A stretch of 64,000 bases of DNA, from the NCBI GenBank assembly GCA_965215885.1, contig CBDCEW010000091.1:1-64000 (forward strand), in the 5' to 3' direction. This document shows positions 52,110 through 60,319 of the stretch, piece after piece (the stretch's first letter is position 1; each line of letters begins with the position of its first letter). The translations under genes and the position numbers were made by a program. The stretch is from Candidatus Moanibacter sp. (GTDB lineage: Bacteria > Verrucomicrobiota > Verrucomicrobiia > Opitutales > UBA2987). The notes under the pieces were generated by a model, which searched no databases, was not told the origin of the DNA, and worked only from the letters and a program-made list of their open reading frames with translations.

Positions 52110-52535
52110 TTTGCATTCCGAGGTTGGTCCCGCGTTCTGCCGGACGGCAGAGTGCTACAAACGTGTTTCCCATTGGCGGTCGATCCTTATTTTTTATTTT
52201 CAATAAATTGAAAATAATAGCGAATTATCATTAAGAATTAGAGGCTCGGTGCTAGGAATAAGAAACCGATTTGGATCCGGATGTTGTTACTCCAATTCGT
52301 GATTACGATGCGGTCCCGGAAAACCTACCCTTAACCCGAAAATCTCGCTACCGATCGCGCTCAGCGGCCCTGCAATAGGGCAGGGTCTTGCAATTTTCGG
52401 CTTCTAGTCCGCTTAATCTGCGAAATAAGCGGACTAAATATGCGAAACAGCGCGAAAAAGGGTGGGTTCGAGTCGAGGCCGTGCATGAATTAGTCTTGCA
52501 AGAATGGAATGGCGCAGACAATGGTGGGCAGGCGA

Positions 52536-52775
52536 ATGGATCCCTTGATCAACTTACAAGACCCGGTTGCGAAGGTGGTAGGGAAACGAAGGCCGCCGCG
52601 CGATTCCTTCAGTGCGGGTATGGACCTCCAGGACACCGTGGTGGCGCTCTACCGTTCCCAACGCATGGGCCTAGTGCCGAAGGGAGTATACCGGTTCAAT
52701 TCTCACGAGGAAGCCGACGAATGGATGTGGGCGATGCTGGCAAGGCGCAGGAAACGGGAGCCGACGACGAGCTAG
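52536..52775 (+). CDS. Small hypothetical protein coupled to the nucleotidyltransferase
   Basis: PKGVYRFNSHEEADEW motif; overlaps the downstream NTase. Confidence 0.55.
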   Translation: MDPLINLQDPVAKVVGKRRPPRDSFSAGMDLQDTVVALYRSQRMGLVPKGVYRFNSHEEADEWMWAMLARRRKREPTTS

Positions 52776-53257
52776 AGTCGCGTGCTCCGCGCGAAGACGA
52801 TCTCGTTCTGATCTGCCGGCGTCTCAACGAACTGGAGGCCGATTACATGGTAATCGGAGGATTCGCGATTATCATGGCTGGATTCCCGCGAGCCACAGTC
52901 GATATCGATCTCCTGGTGGCGACCGATCCGGAAAACGAAGCCCGCGTGCTTGAGGCACTGGAGATCCTTCCCGATCGAGCTGTCAGGGAGCTGAAGATCG
53001 GCGAGATCAACAGTTACGAGGTTGTCCGTGTCGCAGACGAAGTGGTGGTCGATCTTATGAAGAGCGCATGCGGAATCGACTACGCGGAAGCGGCGCGCGA
53101 TGTTGTTATCCGTCAGGTCAAAGGAGTCCCCATCCCATTCGCGTCGCCTCGTCTTCTATTCCGCATGAAAAGAGCAACCCATAGGGAAAAAGATGCCGCC
53201 GATCTTGTTTTTCTTAAACGGTATCTCGCCCAACGCGGCGGCGAGGAATCAGAGTAG
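52721..53257 (+). CDS. Minimal nucleotidyltransferase (DUF6036/AbiEii-like)
   Basis: YMVIGGFA....G.PRATVDIDLL, VDL, L..MK....R.KD..DL. Confidence 0.8.
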   Translation: MDVGDAGKAQETGADDELESRAPREDDLVLICRRLNELEADYMVIGGFAIIMAGFPRATVDIDLLVATDPENEARVLEALEILPDRAVRELKIGEINSYEVVRVADEVVVDLMKSACGIDYAEAARDVVIRQVKGVPIPFASPRLLFRMKRATHREKDAADLVFLKRYLAQRGGEESE

Positions 53258-53324
53258 GGCGTCCACAGGCCTTCGCCTCAAGAAACTGCGAAGCAGTTTC
53301 CCATAACCGGCGCGCCAGCGCCGG

Positions 53325-54161
53325 TTATCCTTTGACCCCGCCGAGCTGGATACCCGCCACGATCTGTTTCTGCATGAAAACAAAAAAGACCACTAGCGGC
53401 AGGACATACATCACGGTGGCCGCCATGAGCAACTCGGTCTGGGCGGCGTAGTCCGATCGAAAGCTCATGAGGCCGATGGGGAGGGTGCGCAGGTAGTCGT
53501 CCTTGATCATCACCAGGGGCCAGAAGAAACTCTGAAAATTGCCCAGATAAGTGAGGATGGCGAGGGTCACCAATCCTGGCCGGGACAGTGGTAGGATGAC
53601 GTCGAGAAAAATCTGCAGGTGGCTGGCGCCATCCATTTTGGCGGCCTCATCATAGGAGCTCGGTAAAGTGAGCATGAATTGCCTGAGCAAGAACGTGCCG
53701 AAGGTGGTGAAAGCCTGGGGCAGGATCAGACCGGTGTAGGTGTTGACCAAACCAAGGCCCACCATAATTTGGTAATTCGGAATGAGCAGCACGATCCCGG
53801 GAATCATCATAGTCGAGAGGTAGAGGAGGAAAACCTTGTCGCGTCCCGGCCAATGGATGCGCGAGAAGGCGTAGGCGGCCATTGCGCTGGTCAATACCTG
53901 CAGTGCGGTCACCCAGGAAGCGACGAAAAGGCTGTTGAAGTACCATTTGGGAAAATCCAGATCGAGGAACTTCTTCGTGTAGGGTTCGGGGGCCATGCGC
54001 AGGACCACGCCGAAATTCTCGACCTGGGCCGATTCCGGCAGCAACTTCAGGGAGAAAATCTCCGGCCGCGACTTAAGGCTGGCCGCAAGCATCCAGAGAA
54101 ACGGAAAAATCAAGAGGGCCGCGAAAAAGACCATGAGAAGATGTTTGAGCATTATCTTCAT
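53325..54161 (-). CDS. Carbohydrate ABC transporter permease
   Basis: NSL, AAYAFSR, EAAKMDGAS (EAA loop), TLPIGL. Confidence 0.93.
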   Translation of the reverse strand: MKIMLKHLLMVFFAALLIFPFLWMLAASLKSRPEIFSLKLLPESAQVENFGVVLRMAPEPYTKKFLDLDFPKWYFNSLFVASWVTALQVLTSAMAAYAFSRIHWPGRDKVFLLYLSTMMIPGIVLLIPNYQIMVGLGLVNTYTGLILPQAFTTFGTFLLRQFMLTLPSSYDEAAKMDGASHLQIFLDVILPLSRPGLVTLAILTYLGNFQSFFWPLVMIKDDYLRTLPIGLMSFRSDYAAQTELLMAATVMYVLPLVVFFVFMQKQIVAGIQLGGVKG

Positions 54162-54420
54162 TGATTTCTTAGCGCATTAAATTCGGAACCAAATTGGAAG
54201 GTCCTTCCGTAGTGAAAAGATTTGAACAGAAGGAAACAGAGATAAACGAAGAGGGATGAGAGAAGAGGAGTAACCCACGGATGGCTCCGCTGTACCACGG
54301 ATGGAAAGAGTGAAATTGGAAAGCGAAAGGGAGCCCTTCATTCATTCGTTGCTGACTCATCTTCCCGCTCAGTGGGATTGCGGCTTTGCGTGAGATTTTT
54401 TCCCTTTTCCTCTCCGTAAA

Positions 54421-54770
54421 CAGATTGGGTTTATCCTCCAGGAGCAATGGGACGATTTCGGGAAGCTGACGATGCTCAAGCGGGGCCGCAAGGCGGCCGA
54501 CTCACTAACGGGGGAACTGAGCCATCTTGAAGAGGGCCTGTCGATGGATTCACTGCCTTGACTCTATCGGGTACAAGCCACAACTGGTTCGCAGCGAAAA
54601 CGGTTTTGTCACCAGCCTGATCGTACCGCAAGGCAATGCGGCAGACTCCATTGAGCTGGCGCCGGCCATCGGCGATTCGATCAAGCGCACCGGTGTCATT
54701 GCTGAACTGATCAGCACCGATGACGGATATGCTTCGGCGAAGGGGCGCAAGGAGGTGCTGAGCATGGGGG
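54421..54770 (+). mobile_element. Fragmented DDE (IS5/IS4-like) transposase relic
   Basis: IGYKPQL.RSENGFV....VPQGNAADS..L and STDDGYAS, preceded by discontinuous pieces (QIGFILQEQWDDFGKLT; LKRGRKA). Confidence 0.65.
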
Positions 54771-55043
54771 TAAACGAAGTCGTGCGCTTCGCGGCCGTAG
54801 CGCCAGTTGACCAGGGTGAGCGCGAAAATGATGACAAACAAAACCCAGGCGATAGCGGATCCGTAGGCAAGGTCCAGCCGTTCAAAGCCTCTGTCCTGTT
54901 CAAAATAGCTAAAGGTTTGACTCTAAACGAAGTCGTGCGCTTCGCGGCCGTAGCGCCAGTTGACCAGGGTGAGCGCGAAAATGATGACAAACAAAACCCA
55001 GGCGATAGCGGATCCGTAGGCAAGGTCCAGCCGTTCAAAGCCT
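54771..55043. repeat. 120-bp perfect direct duplication (54771-54890 = 54924-55043) with a 33-bp spacer
   Basis: Direct sequence comparison; duplicates the 3' end of the permease gene. Confidence 0.92.
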
Positions 55044-56029
55044 TGTTGGTAGATATAGTAAACGAGGGTGGTGGTGGTGCCCGGACCGCCGCCGGTCATG
55101 AGACGGACCGCTTCGAACCCGCCCTGTAAACCGCCGATGACTCCGGTAACAACGAGAAAGAACGTCACCGGGGCGAGTTGCGGGATCGTGATGTAGCGGA
55201 GTTTCTGGAGCCAGTTGGCGCCGTCGATATCCGCCGCTTCGTAGAGTTCCGGCGGGATATTAGCGATACCGGCGAGGTAGAGCAGCATGTGTGTGCCACC
55301 GATGCCGGCCCACAGGCCCATGATCATGATCGCCTCTCGGGCGCCGAGGCCGAAGCCGCCGTTATTGAAATAGTCGGGCAGCGGGAGGAAACCGAGGAGC
55401 GATTTCGTGCTGCGCAGCCAGGTGGGCATGTCCACGTCGAGACCGAAAAAGCCGGTGATAGATCGAAGGACCATGTTGATAAATCCAAAATCCGGGTTGT
55501 AGAGCTGCGCCCAGAGCAGAATCGTGGCGGCGCCGGCGGTGAAATGAGGAAGGTAGAAGACCGTGCGGTAACTGACCGAACCGAAGCGAAATCCCAGAGC
55601 GATGATCAGACCGAGCGCGCAGAGGAAATAACCAACGTCCGCGTAGCCGGCGAGGGCCAATCCGGCGGTGGAGAATAATGCGATCGCCAGACAGATGATG
55701 GCGGAGCTCCGGTTCCGGGAGGGATCCCGAAATTCGAACTTCTCGCTCAAGTAGACCGCGGCAAGAAGGGAACCGAAGATCGACAGGGGCAAGGCGGAAA
55801 GTAGATAAATCGTGTTAAAGAAATAAAAGAGGACATAGCGATCTTGAAAGAGTCGCTTGTAATTCTCCAGACCGACAAACTCCAGCGGCACGGAAACCTG
55901 CAGGCTCCATGTGGAAAAGCTGCCGAGAAAACTCATGATGACCGGCACTGACGTAAAGGCCAGAAACCCAAGGAAATTCGGGGCCAGGAACCCGATGGCG
56001 ATAAGCGTTTCTTTGCTGCGAGTGGTCAT
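54923..56029 (-). CDS. Carbohydrate ABC transporter permease
   Basis: FLAPN, FVGLENY, ELYEAADIDGA, ITIPQL. Confidence 0.92.
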   Translation of the reverse strand: MTTRSKETLIAIGFLAPNFLGFLAFTSVPVIMSFLGSFSTWSLQVSVPLEFVGLENYKRLFQDRYVLFYFFNTIYLLSALPLSIFGSLLAAVYLSEKFEFRDPSRNRSSAIICLAIALFSTAGLALAGYADVGYFLCALGLIIALGFRFGSVSYRTVFYLPHFTAGAATILLWAQLYNPDFGFINMVLRSITGFFGLDVDMPTWLRSTKSLLGFLPLPDYFNNGGFGLGAREAIMIMGLWAGIGGTHMLLYLAGIANIPPELYEAADIDGANWLQKLRYITIPQLAPVTFFLVVTGVIGGLQGGFEAVRLMTGGGPGTTTTLVYYIYQQGFERLDLAYGSAIAWVLFVIIFALTLVNWRYGREAHDFV

Positions 56030-57498
56030 GGAGACGACCCCTTTCCGGCAGGGCCAAGGCTTGCGATTTCCTCGGCCCGGCGGCGCGACTCAACCAGGTC
56101 CTGGTAACGCTTTCGCAACCCCGGGTTACGCGACAGGTTCAATGCGATCAGCGCTTCGGCTTCTTGCTTCGCCTGACGTAGCGCTTCGCGCGTGTCGAGC
56201 GCGGGGTTGGCATTCAACCGCTCAAGATGCCTGGTGATGACCCGATTCAGGTCGATAACGGAGAGAAACGGGCTCTTGCGCGGGCTGTAGCCGTAGGCGA
56301 GCGACTCCACGTTGGCCCGGTGTACTTTGATTTCGGACAATTCGGGATAACCTGGGGATAGGCCGGCGTCGACGAATTCCGGGATGGGTGGCAGGTAGTC
56401 GAGGGTCTGGTTTACGATCCGGCAGTATTCCTCGCTCCTGAGAAACGAAAGGAACCGCAGGACGGCTTCGCGTTTCGTGCTTTGCCGGTTCACCGCCACG
56501 GAACGGGCGCCCACCCCGATTGCCGGGGGCAAACCCTCAAAGTGCGGCATGAGAGTCGCTCCCACTCGGATGACCTCGGGGCGCGGCTTGTTCCCGCGGT
56601 CAGGGTCCGCTTGCCATTTCTCGAGCTGGTCCCGCTGATGGTCGACTGCCTGGCGGAGGTAGGCGAGGAGCGATTTCGGGCGCACGATCATGGCGAACCT
56701 CCCCTGGGCGAAGAGTTCCTGGGAGACATCACCCCCGCTTCGGCCCGTCAATTCGGCAAATTCGTCTGCATTCAACCGCACGCCGTGCACGTCGGCGAGG
56801 TCGCGGTAGAGCTGGACGGCCCGTACCATGGCATCGCTGTCCACCAGGACTTCGGTACCGTCCGGCGAGAAGAATTCCCCGCGCAGGGTGTGAAAGATGT
56901 CGGTGTGGCCGAGTTTGACGATCCCGTAAATCGAGTCGTAGGGATTTTCGGCCATGTAGGTGACGTTCTTTGCGATTTCAATAAACTCGCGCCACGTCAA
57001 CGGAGCCTCGGGGTAGGGAACATTGAACCGATCGAAGATATTCTTGTTGTAGAACAGAATTCGCCCGTTAACCGAGAGCGGCACGCCGTACTGTTTACCG
57101 TCAAAACTCACCTGTTCGCGCAGCCCGGGTCACGCGGTCGCATCGTCGATTTCAAGGCCGTATTGGTCCAGGTAGGGGTCGAGTTCAAGAACAATGCCCG
57201 TCTCGGAACCGGCTTGAATGTAGGCGTCGTAAAAGGACTCAAACATATCGGGCCCGACACCGCTGCTGCACTGCAGGATCAGTTTGCGGAAGTCGCCGAA
57301 GTTGGCGAAATCCGCAATGATTTTGAGGTCGGGGTTGGCCTGGTTGAAAGCCGCGATTTGGTCCGCCCGGGCGGGCGTGCTGTTAGTGGCGTAGACGATG
57401 GCGTTTTCGCCGGCGCTTGGGCTCGGAGGTACCAGCAGTTTAGCGATGATGGTCCAGACCGCGAGACCGACAGCAATCGCAGCAAGAACGGTTTTCAT
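56026..57498 (-). pseudogene. Sugar ABC transporter substrate-binding protein with an in-frame TGA at 57130-57132
   Basis: ORFs 57130-57498 and 56026-57111 share a frame (..ATA*PGLREQVSFDGKQYGVP..); LFYNK.IFD and TW.EF motifs. Confidence 0.82.
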
Positions 57499-59054
57499 AA
57501 GTCGTTTCGTGGGCTGAAGGATGCGCGGAACAGGTCATCATCGAGCCATTCCACCACGCGATTGGGATCGCGAGGTATGCCGGCGGCATCTTCAGCAGGA
57601 AGAAACCGCCGCAAACGGTTAATAACCCGCCGATGCTCCCCTTTGGAGGCGACATTCCGCCACTCGTGCGGATCGTCGCTGTGGTCGTACAGTTCCTCGC
57701 TTCCGTCCGCGTACCGGATATACCGCCAACGAGGTGATCTCAACGAATGGTTGCCGCGACCGTAGGTTGTAAGAACGGGGGACCGGCGTCCCTTTCTTGG
57801 TTTTCTGGTCATTGGGGATATGTCCTCGCCTTCAAGCCGGTGGGAAGTCGGATGCGGAAGACCGCACAAACGAGTCAATGTTGGATAGATATCGATGAGA
57901 CTGACAGGCGTCGAACAGTCGGATGGTTCTCTCTGTGTCTGTCCCGGCACGGACACGAGGAGCGGCACACGCGCACTTCGCTCCCAGAGCGTAAATTTGT
58001 TCCAATGCTCTTTTTCTCCGAGATGATAACCGTGATCACTGCACGAAACGATAATGGTGTTGGAATTATGCGGCGAGGCTTCCAGGGCGTCGAGAACGCG
58101 CCCGATTTGCTCGTCTGCGTACGAAATCGATGCGCAGTAGGCTTGGATTGCGTGCAGCCAGAGGCCTTTTTCGACGAGTGTGCGATGTGTGTCGGGCGTA
58201 ACATTGCGGCTCGCCAGCCACCGGGCCGGAGGCGGCAGATCGTCAAGATCACCGTCGGTGTAGCCGGATGGTGTCCTGAGTTCGCTTACCGGATATAGAT
58301 CGAAGTAACGCTTGGGTACGAACCATCTGGAATGCGGCCGAAAAATGCCGAGCGCGGCGAAAAAAGGAGTATCCTGAACCGTTTCGATCACTTCAGCCGT
58401 CCGTATGGCGTAGCGGGTGTCCTGCTGCATCCTGTCTGGGTCTTCCCGATCCCAGCTATCGGGTAGCGCGCCCCAGGAATAAGGCCAGACCGGATCAATG
58501 CTCGTGACGGATTCCGCTTCCGCGTAAAGTCCCCTCTCGCTTCCCTGTCCGGCGTAGTAACCGTCGCTCCAGGAATGGGCGTCCCGGTCCTGGTACCTCC
58601 CGTGAAAGATCTTGCCGTAACCGGCCGCGAGGTAGCCGTTGGCCTTGAAATGCTGCGGAAGGTTGACGACCTCGCCTAACCAACCGCCCGCGTCGCGGTA
58701 GGATTGGTTGTTGAAATATACGCCCGAAGTTGACGGCCGTATGCCGGTCAGAAAACTCGTGCGGGACGGGCCACAGGCTGGGGCCGAACAATAGGCGCGT
58801 GTAAACACGGTGCTGCGCTTGGCCAGTCGTTCGAGATTCGGAGTGTAGACACGGGTATCGCTGAGCAGCGGGGTCCAGTCGTTCATGTCGTCGAATACGA
58901 TCATGAGGACGTTTGGCCTGTTTGCAGAGCCGGTTTTTGGGTTAAGTTTTGACAATCCGAAATGAGGAACCGTGACCACAGCGCCGGCGGTCAATGTAGC
59001 GCGTTTGAGAAACGATCGCCGACTTTCCGATTGCGCCGTGTCCTTAAAATCCAT
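57495..59054 (-). CDS. Tat-exported sulfatase (iduronate/choline sulfatase-like)
   Basis: SRRSFLK twin-arginine signal, DDMND, CGPSRTSFLTG (CxPxR), GKIFH, SDHGYHLGEK. Confidence 0.92.
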   Translation of the reverse strand: MDFKDTAQSESRRSFLKRATLTAGAVVTVPHFGLSKLNPKTGSANRPNVLMIVFDDMNDWTPLLSDTRVYTPNLERLAKRSTVFTRAYCSAPACGPSRTSFLTGIRPSTSGVYFNNQSYRDAGGWLGEVVNLPQHFKANGYLAAGYGKIFHGRYQDRDAHSWSDGYYAGQGSERGLYAEAESVTSIDPVWPYSWGALPDSWDREDPDRMQQDTRYAIRTAEVIETVQDTPFFAALGIFRPHSRWFVPKRYFDLYPVSELRTPSGYTDGDLDDLPPPARWLASRNVTPDTHRTLVEKGLWLHAIQAYCASISYADEQIGRVLDALEASPHNSNTIIVSCSDHGYHLGEKEHWNKFTLWERSARVPLLVSVPGQTQREPSDCSTPVSLIDIYPTLTRLCGLPHPTSHRLEGEDISPMTRKPRKGRRSPVLTTYGRGNHSLRSPRWRYIRYADGSEELYDHSDDPHEWRNVASKGEHRRVINRLRRFLPAEDAAGIPRDPNRVVEWLDDDLFRASFSPRNDL

Positions 59055-59191
59055 CGGAAGTGAGTGTGTACTACGGGAAGATTGAATCAATAGTCGACGC
59101 GAGGTCAAAAATTGAAACCACGATCTGGCATGGGAGCTGGTCGAAAATTCTTAACGCCCTTCGTTCCTCCCGACTGCGGGGTTTATTCAAC

Positions 59192-60124
59192 TTACTCATC
59201 CAATCCGCTGACTTTGCTTCGCGCGTCAACGTCGGGATAAAATCCGAAGATGCGCAATTTGTCTGACAGCAGCCTGTCCAGGGCTGGAAGGTCGTGTGGA
59301 TACACGGAGATCAGGCGCTTGCCTTCTTGTTGGTAGAGAGTCTGTTTCTTATACATGCTCATCTTGTACTGATGTGTGTCGAGTCCCCAGTACTCAACGT
59401 AGACATCGAGCTCGGGCAGATAAAAGTCGGGCCTGATCTGGAACTCGGCAATGATGCGGAACTTGCCGTCGTAGCGATACCCAAGGCCGTGCGCCGTAAG
59501 CCAAGTCGCGATGCGCCTTTCTCCTTCGGACTGCACTACCGTTCCGTCCCGTGCCTCAATGGTCTTGTTGATCTCGACCTGCGCCTCGAAGTTTCGCCGC
59601 TCAAGGAATACCTCGTCGAAGCACCGGTCGCAGAATACGCGCTGGAATGCCTGTTGCGAGCGCCCAAATTCGTCAGTCGTAACTTGCGCGTTGCATCGCT
59701 GACAGCGTTTCTCGGCGGCGGAAACACTGATTCGCACGGCTTCCTCGATAAATTCCACTGCCCCGGCTGCATCGCGCTGGATGTAGTGCTTTTCAGTAGG
59801 GTTCATTGCCATATCACGTAGATCGGACAGGCATTCTTGCGCCGCCGCGCCGTAAGCTTTCAACGCCTTAATTGCGTATTGGCGGGTCTGTGGATGCGGA
59901 TCCCGACAAGCAACCGATGCAAGCGCTTCTACGGCGGTCGCCTGATCCACTCCCATCCAGGCCAATTTGCCCAGCGCCGAAGCCGATAGCCTACGCACGT
60001 TAGCGGACGAGGACCGCAGCAGCTCAAGCAACTCTTGGAATGCTTCGACCTCACCTTCGCGACCGATCGCTGCGGCGCGGGCCGAAAGCCGCTTGGCAAA
60101 TTGCTTGTCCATGGGATTCTTCAT
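59192..60124 (-). CDS. HEAT-repeat + Zn-ribbon + PD-(D/E)XK-like nuclease protein
   Basis: VRRLSASALGKL and TRQYAIKAL HEAT repeats; CQRC...CDRC; VQSEGERRIA.WL...G..Y.Y...RPDFYLPELDVYVEYWG. Confidence 0.78.
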   Translation of the reverse strand: MKNPMDKQFAKRLSARAAAIGREGEVEAFQELLELLRSSSANVRRLSASALGKLAWMGVDQATAVEALASVACRDPHPQTRQYAIKALKAYGAAAQECLSDLRDMAMNPTEKHYIQRDAAGAVEFIEEAVRISVSAAEKRCQRCNAQVTTDEFGRSQQAFQRVFCDRCFDEVFLERRNFEAQVEINKTIEARDGTVVQSEGERRIATWLTAHGLGYRYDGKFRIIAEFQIRPDFYLPELDVYVEYWGLDTHQYKMSMYKKQTLYQQEGKRLISVYPHDLPALDRLLSDKLRIFGFYPDVDARSKVSGLDE

Positions 60125-60167
60125 TTGTTCGCCGACATCGGCGTCGACGCGCGTAAGCAAAGTCAGC
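59207..60167. repeat. 28/29-bp inverted repeats bracketing the nuclease gene
   Basis: GCTGACTTTGCTT-CGCGCGTCAACGTCG (59207-59234) versus the reverse complement of 60139-60167, GCTGACTTTGCTTACGCGCGTCGACGCCG: 2 mismatches and 1 gap. Confidence 0.8.
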
Positions 60168-60319
60168 CGCTGCCGTCCAAGATCTCAATCGGCTTCTTAG
60201 TCACATGGTTAGTCAATGATCCGCGTTTTCATAGAATGCTGTCGTTTGATGAAATGGAAGCAGAAAGTCTGAACCATCTATGAAGAGTTCGAGAATTCCG
60301 GTAGTGGTCCGACAGAATT

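Noticed and set aside
57130..57132. Selenocysteine or code-4 readthrough of the in-frame TGA
   Set aside because: The context suggests Trp rather than a catalytic Cys, no SECIS was recognised, and many other genes here end in TGA.
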